The notes beneath the pieces are model-generated. The model was given only the letters and a program-made list of their open reading frames with translations. It was not told the origin of the DNA and did not search any database. A stretch of 62,833 nucleotides of DNA, the filler included, from Hausera hauseri (taxonomy: Eukaryota): assembly GCA_046269625.1 (NCBI GenBank). It is 10 parts of 10 records of this genome, joined end to end, with 100 filler letters (N's around TTAATTAATTAA, not from the genome) between each part and the next. Parts side by side here need not be neighbours in the genome. Positions count along the whole stretch, not along the records: positions 36,340 to 40,926 come from JBJURY010516571.1; positions 41,027 to 47,377 come from JBJURY010109209.1; positions 47,478 to 54,463 come from JBJURY010046442.1; 7 more parts are not named here. One strand, written 5' to 3'. The position numbers were made by a program, and so were the translations under genes. Below, piece after piece: positions 36,340 to 48,411 of this stretch. How positions within the stretch are numbered: position 1 is the stretch's first letter; the number at the start of each line of letters is the position of its first letter.

Positions 36340-37320
36340 GATATTGTTTATTCAAGCCTTTGCCACTTGAACGTACAATTTCTTGAATACGACATACATC
36401 GTGTTTCTCGGGCAGTACCTGCAGTTCCTGTTCGTAGAATTTACCACGTATTTCCTCACCGTTTTCATCCTTTAAAACATATATGACAGGTGTTTGTTTT
36501 GTGTTGATTGCCGAAATGCGAAAAACTTCGTCGCTCCAGTTATGATTGAAATTCTTAATGAATGGCGTCGTACTTATTTTCGAAATACGTACATATGCAC
36601 CGATTTTATATTTTGGGCGTTTAATTTCCTGTCGTGTTCGGTTTTGATAAAGCCACATGTTCAAATCATCGATTGCGTCAACCGGCCGTAATCCATTGAT
36701 TCCACAATGTGTCGAATGATTGTAAGCATGAACAATATCCGGAAGTACATCTACCCGCATTTGTTGCCTTTCTTCCTAAAGAATTTGTTTAGGCGACCGC
36801 GCAATGTTCGAATTCAATCGTTTAGCGAGTGCCGCCTTGTATTGAGAAAACACCAAGTAGTGGTTTACGCTGAACCGTTTCAAGACCGCTACAACGTGGG
36901 CGTTGTAGTATTACTTACCCAAATCCGTTTGAAAGTGCTTCGGCTGTTGTTATTGTTGTTGTACCAGTGTCTCAACAGCGTCAGAGATCTCCTTACCGAT
37001 TTAGATTTCATGACAATTGCACGTGCAAAAGGACTGAGCACATCAATACATGTCAGTACGTACCGATACCATTGTTCATGCTGGTGTATGGAATCATTTC
37101 CATCAGATCCATTTGCCATACATTATTTACACTGGCGGCACGGTATACACGAGTTGGGAACCGCCTTCTTATCGGTTTGTTAGGCAGTATGCTAACTGTT
37201 TCCCCCTCCAACGTTGGGTTCGTCGCTGAGTCTGTTTGAGAGTTTTTGACAGTTTGTCAACGGCAGTACCCTTGACGAGATAACGTGGATCGAACCAAAT
37301 GTCACCCAGCGTTGTTGTTG
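36340..37320 (-). pseudogene. Polinton retroviral-like integrase with C-terminal chromo-like domain
   Basis: KPIRRRFP...WQMDL...YVLTCIDVLS...IVHAYNHSTH..I...P...KIGAYVRISK...NWSDEVFRI...YVLKDENGEEIRGKFYEQELQ. Confidence 0.93.
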
Positions 37321-37435
37321 ATGATGTCGTTTTTGTTTGTATTACAGCAATTAGAACGAAATTTTAATGAAAGATTAGGTAAAGTGGGACAAAATGATGA
37401 AAATCATGTACCCATATCGCTAAGTAATCATATTC

Positions 37436-37842
37436 TTACCGTCGTTGTTTATACTGAACCGTACCGCCAATGAGTCTACCAAGTAATGACGTGACAAGCG
37501 GTATAATTGCTCCAAGGAATCCGCCATCTTGCTGGTACATGACCTCTCGTTTCGCTCGTTTACTACGAGTGATGACAAGGTCAATGAAGCGTTTTGGATA
37601 CTTTTGTAAATTCCGCATTCCACTTCAATGTTAATGCGACCCACAACGATATTATATAAAATTTCCATCAAATAGTCTACTACAAATTGCAAGAATGATT
37701 GTAGCATGTTTCGCTTATGTCTTGTATGTGCCTTAAGCAAAGCAATAAAATACGGCTGACTACGTTTCAATCTTATTTTTGGACGTATTGATGCTGAGCC
37801 GTAGTTGTTTATAACCGTTGCCACTGTGACGGTAATTTGCAT
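37436..37842 (-). pseudogene. Polinton small basic core protein (QxGGFL plus amphipathic tail)
   Basis: LMEILYNIVVGRI...KREVMYQQDGGFLGAIIPLVTSLLG; one frameshift; lies between ATPase and integrase. Confidence 0.75.
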
Positions 37843-37996
37843 CTAGTTGCTGTTGCTGCATTTGGTGTTTAAAGCATAGAATTGATTAATCGCTCCACTG
37901 TAGCGGTTCGTTTTGACACACGTTTCTTCTCCAGACACCCGCTCGGTAGGTTTACGTTTAACAATGATTTTTCGGAAATTATTCATTTTATCACAA

Positions 37997-38649
37997 TCAT
38001 GTCGTCAATTTTCGAATTTGTTTATTGACATGTACACCTTTCCGTTTGAAAAAGTCTGTTTCTACACGCATGTCATCTGGACATTGTTGTGTAAAGTTAA
38101 TAAACAGACATCCATGAGGTTTGTTCGCAGCATCATGATATGCGTCTATCAGGTAGGATCGGTAGTGAGAAAATGCTTGTCGTGCAACAAAATCAATGAT
38201 AACCTGATCACGGGAATTTTTGAAAGGCACCAAATAATGCACGTTTAGATTTATTGTTCGATGCTGTCTGCCCTTTGAACATGTTTTACGTAATAAAAAT
38301 AACCGTCACGCCACGGTGTCGAGCAATCTTTGTGAACAGGTTGTTGAAGTCGGTTTGTTTAGCGGCTTCTTGATATAAATCATCAATGACAAAAACGTCA
38401 CCGCTGCCTAATCGTTCAGATTGTTTCTCATCAAACCCATCAATTACCGTTATTGATTTTAATGTACAAATTTCCGATGTGTCAGACAGCACTCACATTA
38501 TCACCAACACCCTGATGCCAGTATATGTGATTGTACCGCAATAAATGGAACATTTCACGGTAGTTCTGCAATAATTTACACACAAAATGCGTTTTACCAC
38601 TTCCACTGGGGCCAAAAATCTGGAAAATTTTATCATTTTGCAGCTTCAT
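37997..38649 (-). pseudogene. Polinton packaging ATPase (A32/FtsK-like)
   Basis: IFGPSGSGKT (Walker A), VFVIDDL (Walker B), LFTKIARHRGVTVIFIT, YLVPFKNSRD, AYHDA..KPHGCLFI. Confidence 0.93.
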
Positions 38650-40030
38650 CTAAATAATAATAATACAACCTTTTCACAGATGATTTGTGTATAATCGTGT
38701 TACACACACATAGCTATAGTATAAACACTGTTTCCATAATGGTAGCTAATATGAACTATCGCGGACATGTTACCGAGTGTGATAATAACGTACTACCATT
38801 TAATCAATGAACGCCAAGGCAGTAAATGCTCAAGTGTCCATCGGATTTTACAGAGATGACAGTAACAATAAACTTCTGCCATTCGGAATTGTCATTGACC
38901 AAATCCAATCAATAACGGTAATGACTCAGTTAGAATGATCATCAATCAATGTGTACTAATTGGCAATGGCCATTGAATGTATGTATGAACCCGAACTGTT
39001 TCCTCCACTGAGATTGACATTGTTTTGCCCACTTTATGTTAATGTGTTTAGCAGTGGGAAATTGTTGTACTCGGTATTCGGACAGTGGACTATGAAACGA
39101 TTATTAATCAAATTAAAAACCACATAAATATTTTACTGAACCAAAATAGTATACTCTGCACAACAAGAACAAACTATAAATACCATCCCCATACTCATTC
39201 AGATATTACTGCAGTGGAAGACGACGATAAAACGATTCGACTTAATGAAAATGATTGTGGATGTGAGAATGATGAAAGATCAGATTGGTCGTGGTTGCTT
39301 GGCTACAAAAGGGACAATTCTAATTTCAAATTGCTCTAAATAAATGCAGAACATGGCCAGCAATTAGAAAAGCCGTGTGATAATTCTAATGGCAATTATC
39401 TGCAAGTCGATTATCATGTCGACTGTCTGGAAACGAAAAAGGAAATTGCTGAGGAATCATCAGAAAAACCGAAGTTAAAAAGGCAAATGGCAATGATTGG
39501 AATACGTAAACGAAAAATGTCGTTCCAAACGCAGACATTTTTACAGAAACAAATTTTTCGCAAGTACGAAATTTATTTTCTGCAAACGCCCGTACTGATT
39601 TCATTAAATGATCCAGTGTCTTTATGCGCACCCAAGTACAGCTATCGTGTAAAACATCTTTCCGGTGAAAAATTGTATAAACTTTCTGATGCTCTGCATC
39701 AATGAAATGTGGATTTAAAGTTAAACATAACGACCGTGCAACAGCAATCTGTCGTTTTACGGGCTCAGAAAACCAAATTGTTTGATTTTATCGATCGGGA
39801 AATATCCAATGTACCACATGATGATTTTGCGTGTCGACTGAACATTGAATTGCAACGATACAAGGAAAAGCCGGTATCAAAAGTCCCATTTGGCGTGTAG
39901 CTGAAGCACATTTTAATTATCAAAAAATATTGTTGTTATTATTGTTGTTTTATTTTACCTCTCTTTTTTTTCAATTAACCCAATTAACGAGTATAACTAT
40001 ACGTGTAATTTTAATATTGGAATAATAATA

Positions 40031-40503
40031 ATGCTAATGAATGATGTAAAGATTATCTTAACAGACGAAAATGCCTTTGTGCCGAAACGTGTTACACAAA
40101 CAGCGCAGGCTATGGTGTGTTTTCCCATGTCAATACGGCAATTTCGAACAGAACAATTAAATGCATAACTACTGGGATTCGATTGGCTATTCCACCCGGT
40201 TACTACGGCCAACTTTTATCAAAAAGCAGACTGGCAAAACTCGGACTGACGGTTGTGGGTGGCGGCGTCATTGACTTGGACTTTCGTGGTGAAATTAAAT
40301 TGTTGCTGGAAAATCAATCCGGGGAGCCGTATGCTTTTTCGAAAGGCAGTGTAATGGCACAAATCGTTTTTTTTCGATATGAAGAGGCAGAATTCAGTGT
40401 AATGTCACCGGTACAATGGGGATTGTTTTGTGTCAATTAAGCAACACGAATTGAACGCAAAGCATTTGGCTTTGGTAATATAGACAAAACCACCTATGTT
40501 TAA
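40031..40503 (+). pseudogene. dUTPase (trimeric type), Polinton-borne
   Basis: TGIRLAIPPGYYGQLLSKSRLA...GGVIDLDFRGEIKLLLEN...MAQIVF; frameshifted N-terminus and degenerate motif V. Confidence 0.9.
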
Positions 40504-40580
40504 TTATTGGATGAAAATAATAGTAGTAGTTACTTGTTTTTTTGTGTTATAAACAAAAATGATTTTGTACATGAAAAGTA

Positions 40581-40926
40581 ATGGCGATAGGATTTATAGA
40601 TATTGAAGGTTTCTAAGATGATAATGCCCGGTATATAATAAAGGAATTGTGCATTTTAAGCGTCGGTAACATTTTCGAACTGCTTGTGTACGTATTTAGA
40701 CCTGGTATTGTGTGGAATGATCAGGTAGAAAAGGCAAAATTTACAAACGAATTTCACTTTCGACATCATAATGGACTTCACTGTTATGAAAGCGATTCAA
40801 TTTTCTGTGTGACGTATATTATTGGAGAGATTTGTGAAAGTTTTGACATTGAAAATACAATATTTTACAAAAAAGATCAAATTTACGGACAAAAGTTTAC
40901 ACAACTACATTCACACTTTCCCGAGT
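40581..40926 (+). pseudogene. Polinton-associated DEDD-family nuclease
   Basis: FIDIEGF*...YIIKELCI...VFRP...W...N.F...HHNGL is the pattern of the Polinton DEDD-like ORF. Confidence 0.7.
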
Positions 40927-41026
40927 NNNNNNNNNNNNNNNNNNNNNNNNNNNNNNNNNNNNNNNNNNNNTTAATTAATTAANNNNNNNNNNNNNNNNNN
41001 NNNNNNNNNNNNNNNNNNNNNNNNNN
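40927..41026. other. Artificial contig spacer
   Basis: N44-TTAATTAATTAA-N44. Confidence 0.99.
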
Positions 41027-42135
41027 ATGCGAATACCCCTATTATTATTTTAAAAATGTCGATGCTTTCGTCATCGCCAAACGATTACTACAGCGTGTTT
41101 TCTATAATCAACTGATGTTGTTCGAAAAAAAACCAAACTTTGGCAAAACACGAGAAATTGTTTGTTGAGGTTGCTAAAAACGGCATGGTGCGATTGAAAC
41201 CGGAATGCCAATTGCATCGTTACACGAACCATGCTCCATACGGTGATTGCGTTGAGTTAATTCCAAAAGGTTGGACAGATCCATTGAAATTATCGCCTAA
41301 AGACACGGAACGAGATCGAAATGGAATAATGGAATCTGTTATGTATATATGACGATTAATCACAACCAATACATGAAACAGCCGGTTCATATTAGAGTAC
41401 TTAAACTTGGCACAACCGACGAATGGATGAGTTTTGCTGTTGACTGACAGAAAGATACGGACTCTACGAGACAAATTACCACGTCACTGACTGATAAATT
41501 GATGTCGTGGGTACATTTGGGCATTCAGGGAGCGTTGTTGTCTCAGCTAATATCACCGGTGTACCTTTATAGCATACAGTTTGGAAAAGATTACATGCAC
41601 GAACATATATCTCGAGCATTGTTGTGTCGTGTTCTAGTGGATTATTTGATAGACGAAGCTGATACGTATTACCAGAAAGTTAAGTTCCAGGACCCATATA
41701 TTGATCGAGTTACACAAATAACAACCGATAAGTTTCGAATGGACCTAAAACCAGCTGAGTATAACATGTTAAATTGTTGAGTCCAATTACCGAATTCAGT
41801 GTGTGTTACAACTGGTATTTGAATCCGGTTACTGATCTCGCAGAAATGATCGATACGACTACAGGGTGTGTTCATCCTAAGTCTCCATTTATACTTCCAG
41901 ATGGTGAATACGCTAATCAATGTTCAAGATTGTCAAAAGTCTGCATGCTAATTAGATTAAAACAGGCATTCAAAGTTGCCATTGAATATTTTGCATTGCG
42001 GCCAGAACTTAAAAGAAATAGATCTCTACAAGGTATCAGTGAGGCCGCAAAATATCAGTACAATTTTTTCAAAAATGCTGCTGTCGACTATCGAAATCTG
42101 AAGGTAACACTATTCAAAATGTTAGAAACCAAAAT
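41027..42135 (+). pseudogene. ADAR/ADAD-type adenosine deaminase domain fragment, catalytic residues substituted
   Basis: DAFVIAKRLLQRVFYNQL (HAE->DAF), LH.YTNHAPYGD (PCGD->PYGD), SLTDKLMSWVHLGIQGALLSQLISPVYLYSI (SCSDK->SLTDK), SRLSK...Y...K.AA.DY; intronless, frameshifted. Confidence 0.85.
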
Positions 42136-42139
42136 TTGT

Positions 42140-42685
42140 TCGTGCAAATTTCAGCATATACAGTTTGTAATAGATAATGTCATTGATATATTGGACATTC
42201 TCACGGAACCAGTTGCTGGAGATACTACTTATCAGGCTAGAAATGAATCAGTTTCAGGAATTTTTGCGGAGGACTTAAAAAATTTTGAAATATCAATCAG
42301 TTCAGCGAACTCGCTCAGTTACCTGCAGTGTTAGTAAAAATGGGATATTCAAAGGCGAATAAAACATACCACAAAAAGCTTATTACAGTGGATACGATCC
42401 ACTATGGGAAGTAATCCATTTTCCATAGAAGAATGCTTAACTAACGGTAAACGATTATTGTGGTTACTTAACAAAAATCGCGTTAATGAATCTGTTGTAA
42501 GAAATAAAATTAAAAAGCAGAGAATTGCTACAACCGCCAATCTCATTCCAAAGGAAGGGTCGCCTTTGAGATGTGTTAATATTGACAAATGTCGAAAGTC
42601 CACAATAGTCTTAGGTCCCGTTGAAAATACTACTCAGATTGTCAATTGTGAAGATTGTGTAATAATAGTTCAAACTCCTCGACTG
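42140..42685 (+). pseudogene. TBCCD1: TBCCD1 fragment, internally deleted
   Basis: HIQFVIDNVIDILDILTEP...GYSK...WIRSTMGSNPFSIEECLTNGKRLLW...RIA...SPLRCVNIDKCRKSTIVLGPVE. Confidence 0.7.
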
Positions 42686-44300
42686 GTACTTATCATGTTG
42701 ATTGTTCGTGATTACAATCGAATTATACAATTGTTGAGTCCCGAAGAACAAAATCTGTATCAAATTACTTGACAAAAAATTCAACCGGGTCTTACTAAAA
42801 TTCTCTGGTCTTCGAAAGCGACAAGAGACGTCTTTGTTACCAATTGCAGAGTTAATGCTGCCAAACTACAACAAAGTCGACGAATACAAATCTGCAAACG
42901 CAGGTATTCAAAAACAAAGCGAGATGATTTCGTCTACGCTTATGACAAAAATCGACCCAAATCGAGCTTATGAAAATTCAGAATTTAACGACTCTCAAGT
43001 CAGTCACAGAGTTTTCGTTAAGGAGAAATTATTAAAAATGCACGAAGGAATTCGTGAACAAATGAATGAAACACAAAATATTTGCTCAAGATGGTCCAGA
43101 CGTTCACGTATTCTGGACTAATTATCTAAACAAAGTCGATAAATTTTGCGAAGCATTCCGGCCAAACATTAAGTACTCTTTGAATGACTAAACATAGCAA
43201 TTGATAGTGATGGTAGCAATGAACCGAGTCCTTTGTTCAGTTTCTCTAAATTTACAGATGCGAGACTTCGTGTTTATCCAAACTTTACTGGAATTGACTT
43301 TGATCCTTACATCACTCTTCGATAAATTTATTGATCCCTTTCGTATAAGTTCTGCGATTCAAGAACCACTTAGTTATTGGGATGAGTTCAGAGAAATATG
43401 GGAGTTAAATAAAGAAGAATTTATAGTGCGTTACTGCCAACTTATTCCACATGTTTATTCCATCGATGCCGATATTAGTCAGTATACTGCAGTTACTAAC
43501 AAAGCACTGGATGCTGAAGCAATGGTTACTGTCAGATTTTTGCAGCTTGATTTTTCAATGCTTAAAAACAGTGCCGCACATTGTCGTGATTGTAAACAGA
43601 AACTGACAAATCTCTTGCTATCAATGGCAACTGAATAGTTGTATTATTTGCACAATTGCATGAAGGAAATGACTGAAAAAGTAGCAAAAGTCCCCAAAAA
43701 TTCAGAACAGCTCGGTGAATCGAATCGGCTGCTCGATAAACTGATAACTAAAGATAATAACGTTTTTCCAGAAAAATTTGCTCTATTATATGAACATCTT
43801 GTTATTTTGGATAAATATGAAGTTCAGTACAGTGATAAAATTCGACAGATGAAACAGAACTTGGAAAAGGAATGGCAAGATTTCTTTTAAACTCTTGTAT
43901 GCCGAACGAATGATTAAAAAGTCTAAAGATAAATTTAAAACTGGTTTGTTGATTCAATCCGATGACTTCAAAAGACAAGTAGCTGGTTTGGTTATAGATT
44001 TTCAGACAAATGGTTCGCTTACATCCGTTGTTCCGCCACCAGAGGCTCTGAATAAAATTGCTAATTACAAGGTACAAACTCTTGAACAAGAAATACTCAA
44101 GTTTCAATCTATCCAAAATTGAACAGCCGCTGTCGAAAGAAATCACATCACTGGACAAGGACTTGGAAAACATTGAACAAATTTGGAAGTTAGCTGCCGA
44201 ATGGGAAACCATTTGGGATGTTTGGAAAGCTGGGAGATTTGTTGAACTTAATACAGGAGAAATGGAATTTTTCGCTACAAATCTGTTTAAAAAGTTTATA
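42686..44300 (+). pseudogene. DNAH2: Axonemal dynein heavy chain (DNAH2/1-beta) tail fragment, intronless
   Basis: VRDYNRII.LLSPEEQ.L, KKIQPGLTKILW, WDEFREIWELNKEEFIVRY...DADISQYT.V, KKSKDKFKTGLLIQSDDFK, KIEQP.SK...WKAGRF; multiple frameshifts and stops. Confidence 0.88.
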
Positions 44301-44893
44301 TTTAAAAAGTTCGCAGTTCACTGTCATATGTTGGACTTTGAACTTTCTGGACCAGACCACAGTATTGATTCTATGGACATCCTAAGAGTCAACAGCAACC
44401 TCACTGATCGACCGACGGACATTCAACCATCAGAGGCATCTAAACAGGTGCGTGAAATTTCTTTCATTGATTCGCACCCACCAGTGTGACCGCTTTTTGC
44501 GCATTTGCAGACCCTTCATGGCTCAAACCATTTTTCATTTTAAAGGGTTTCTAAACTTAACATCTTTGTATATTTCTTCATCCCAATAATCATTTGCGAC
44601 CGCTATCCCGGCTGTACGCTCGAACTGCTTCTTAATCCAAAAGGTAACCGTCCAAGCCCCCCGTGCATTTCATCGTTACCTTTCCTGGTCTTTAGCCACA
44701 ACCAACACATTACAACCTTGCAAGCCCCACTCAACGAGACAACACAGTTCTTACATAACGCTTTGTTCTTATATAGCATCTATGATTTTTATTTCACATA
44801 TCAAGGGCTTATAGTACATCCTTCAGACTCCCTCTTGTCTTTCGTATGTCACGAATGTCCAGACACCTGTCTCTTGTTCCATTTTCGCTTACG

Positions 44894-45880
44894 TGGTGAA
44901 TCGGACCCCGATCCTTCTTATGTGGAAAACTCCACAAATACCAGATCTGGTCGTCATCCTGCCGACTCCACACCAGCTATATCTCCAAATCATCCTTGCA
45001 CAGATTTTTTCTTGATAAAACCAATTCGAGCCGCACTTGGCTACAGTTCCATTACAATGGCTTAAAGTCAATCATATCAGACTCTTTTGCGGGCAAACAG
45101 TTTGCTGGTATTACTTCCAGCTAACATCAACAATCTTGCTGATATACTCACTTCTTCAACTCCATATTATATGCTTTATGAATTAGTTCTGCATATCACC
45201 GACCCCTCCGTTAACAGCATAATTCAAAAATACTTGAATGAGCATGCCATTGGGAATCAAAAACCATCGGACTTCCTGAAAACTGTAATCTCTCAATTGA
45301 GTTCCTTAGGCGTTACTTCTATAAACAATACCGATCTTCTTCGTCGGTATTTTCTTTCATGTTTGCCTACTTCCATCAGGTTGCTGCTCACTGTAGTAAA
45401 TGATTCAACAGCCCTTGAAAAGCTCGCCTTATTGGCAGACAAAAGCTTCTACATTTTTCAATCTAATAGTCAACAGCCAGTAGCTGTAGCAACCGCTCAC
45501 ACACCTTTACACACCGACAACACCTCATTCTCAAAACAATTGCAATTGATGCAGCTACAGTTTGACAAGTTACAGCAGTCAATTCTAGGCATTAATACCC
45601 AACTAAATAATCTTAATAGGCCTCGACGAAGCGAAACCAAATCTCTAAGGGAGAGAAGCATTTTTAGACACTGCTCGATCCATTTCACCTGGCGGACGCA
45701 TGACTTGTTTTTATCACACGCGATTTTGAAGGGATGCTAGGAAGTGTTTTTTGGATTGTCGGTTCTATAGCGAACGGTGCGCTGTGGACAACTCCATCTG
45801 TGTCTATCACAATAAGTTTCAGTCACAGGCTAGGTCGTGCGTGCCAGGATGTAAACATTATAAAAACAACTCTAGTTTCT
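44894..45880 (+). mobile_element. Ty3/Gypsy gag remnant with candidate PBS
   Basis: TGGTGAATCGGACCCCGA PBS-like site; IGNQKPSDFL...FLSCLPTSIRLLL...LEKLALLADK; two Cys/His knuckles CFYHTRF.RDARKC and CVYHNKFQSQARSC. Confidence 0.85.
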
Positions 45881-46049
45881 CTCCGTCTTCTTTGCCTCGC
45901 ACTCACCATTCCTCTTCTTTCTCCCAACAAGTCTCAAAAAACCAATAATGCCACCAGATGCCACGGAACACTCTGGTATAGACAACATAGTTCAATCTTC
46001 TGGCCGTTTCAACACCACCTCATCAGTTTTCCTGCTGAAAGCTGATCTG

Positions 46050-47377
46050 CTATTTGGAGACATCACATAGACTTTCTTGTCGATTTAGGAACTGCCCTAA
46101 TTCGGTTGAAAATGTCATCTTCAATTTGGAGTCTTCCTCTAATTCGACTTGGTTGTATGTATTCTCTAGGTCGATTGACGTGAAAAACTTTGTCCCCTAT
46201 AACCTTTCCAATATCTCTACCACGTTAGGCATGGGGAAGGCCTGCCGTTCCGTTATAAGATTCAGCTGCCTGAAGTCCAGGCATATTCTGACATCGTTCT
46301 TATCTTTCTTCCATACGCGTAATATTGGTGTATTCCATGCTGAGTTATATGGCTTGATAATGTCGTTTTCCCACAGGTTTCGGATGGTATCCTCGATCTT
46401 GTTTTCTAGGTTTACTGGTAGCCTATGAGACTTGATATTAATCGGCGCTCCTGTCGTGTCTATTCGATGTTTGATGAGAGATATGCACCCTATGTCCCAC
46501 TTTTCGGCCATGAATATTTCTGGGTATTTCTGTATAATGTTGAGTAGCTCTTTGTCGTCGCTCACCTAAAGAACTTCCTTCGCCCTGTTTGCTTGTTCTT
46601 GGTTAGTCACCTTACGGCCGAACTTGGCTTCCAGGTTGCATATATCTTGCTGTAATATCTCCGCTTCCATGCGTTTCCATCCTAGTTCTATTTCGAATGG
46701 CTTTTGCAGGTCCACACAACTTATTATTTCTGGGCGTAATTTTGATACTATTAAAAATATCACCCGTCTTCTTAAACCCTTGATTTCTACGTCTTCTCTC
46801 AGTGTTCCCAGGCAATCTAAAGGGCTATTGTTCGCACATCCTAGTGTGCAAGTTTATCCACGATCTTCTTGCTTCTGACGTTTACCCTGGCTCCCGTATC
46901 TAATAGGCAATCTTCCCATCTATCTTGTATCTTGAATTTGATTCCTGGTCGTTCATTAAACTTCCTGTATGATATCTCTTCGACATACAATTCGTGTAGC
47001 GTAAAGATCTGCGTATCATTTCTACTTTCCACCATTCCGTTGGAGGATACTTCCTGGAAATTTTCCGTTTTCATAAATTTTCGTACATTTTCCTGTGTCC
47101 TTTCATCCATCGCTATGTCTCCCTGTTCCCTTCTTCATCATCCGTCTATATTGTTTGATATACTACTAATATTATACATAACAATATTTTGGGAGCCTAA
47201 ATCTTTTGCTCCACTTTTATCAAGGCTGCGCCTTTTGGGGCAACTGACACCTGATCAGATTTTGTTTCTTCTTCCTCTACGTTTGCGACCCCCCCCCCAT
47301 TTTTTGTTCACATTATCCCCGTACTTTCTTTCGACGTTGTATATATTCCATCCAGGTTCCTTTTCCCCTCCAGCCTG
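46050..47377 (-). mobile_element. Ty3/Gypsy pol remnant (protease plus RT N-terminus)
   Basis: CLLDTGARVNV; IKHRIDT...SAWNTPILRVWKKDKNDVRICLDFRQLNLITERQAFPMPN. Confidence 0.93.
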
Positions 47378-47477
47378 NNNNNNNNNNNNNNNNNNNNNNN
47401 NNNNNNNNNNNNNNNNNNNNNTTAATTAATTAANNNNNNNNNNNNNNNNNNNNNNNNNNNNNNNNNNNNNNNNNNNN
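47378..47477. other. Artificial contig spacer
   Basis: N44-TTAATTAATTAA-N44. Confidence 0.99.
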
Positions 47478-47611
47478 CACTTTTCCTTACCCACACACAC
47501 ACTTCCTCCACTCTGATTGGTCAATCCAAAATTTTCTGCTCCCGGATTGGTCAATCTGAAAATTTTTCTTCCCGGGGGGGGGTTGGTGCAGTGTGCTCAC
47601 ATCCCACTACT
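47478..47611 (-). mobile_element. Putative Polinton terminus (TIR)
   Basis: Minus strand AGTAGTGGGATGTGAGCACACTGCACCAACCCCCCCCGGGAAGAAAAATTT, then repeated GATTGACCAATC; homology to 31099 begins exactly at AGTAGT. Confidence 0.6.
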
Positions 47612-48411
47612 GTAAACTTTGTTTCTCTTATCTTGAATTATTTGTATTTTGTGTATCAATTGGTTCATTTGGATTGAAGAATAAATGTTTGAAAGAATTT
47701 GGTGTTGTTGAATTTATATTAAAAATACAGTTCCTTTCCACAGATTTCAAAAGGTAAATGATAAAATTTCCCATCGCTTTGATCAATTATAGCATTTTTG
47801 TATTCGAGAATACATTTCGTTTTTAGTTTATCCATAAAGGATACTTGATTTGGAATATTCAATTCGTGAATCTTATACTGTATTTTTAATATTTATTACT
47901 TATTACTTGTTTATTACTTATTGGATCTTACAATTTGAGAAACATGTATCACAGTGTTATTGAGCGAGTAGATGATAAATATCTACCATTATTCGGGCGC
48001 CTATTGGCGCTGGATAAACGCGATACGAATGTATATATTGAGGCTATTAACATCGCAATGCTGCTGAATAATAATTAGATGTCACACAATGGGTCACACA
48101 TTTGCAGACCTAATCACCTCGAATAATTATATTAGTATGCTGCATTGCCGAATCAAGTACGGTAATATTTCCACTCCAACCCAAACCTTTTCATCTTTTC
48201 TCATTTGCATAACAAATTAGCAAATAGAGGCTCAAAGGGTCCTTCAATCATTTCAGTCGTCTACCTTAGTATTAGACTCGTTCTCAGTAGATAACCATCA
48301 AGATTCAAATGTATTTTTGTCTTTAATCTTACATTTTGTCACAAACATGCTGAATCAAGGCAGATCCAATGCTGGTGTATGACTTGCTAGTGTACAGGAA
48401 AATATAAACAA

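Noticed and set aside
41027-44300. Alternative genetic code (TAA/TAG = Gln) explaining in-frame stops
   Set aside because: The same regions have frameshifts and TGA stops, and intact genes read normally in the standard code.
46054-47377. Plus-strand ORFs
   Set aside because: Antisense shadows of the minus-strand Gypsy pol.
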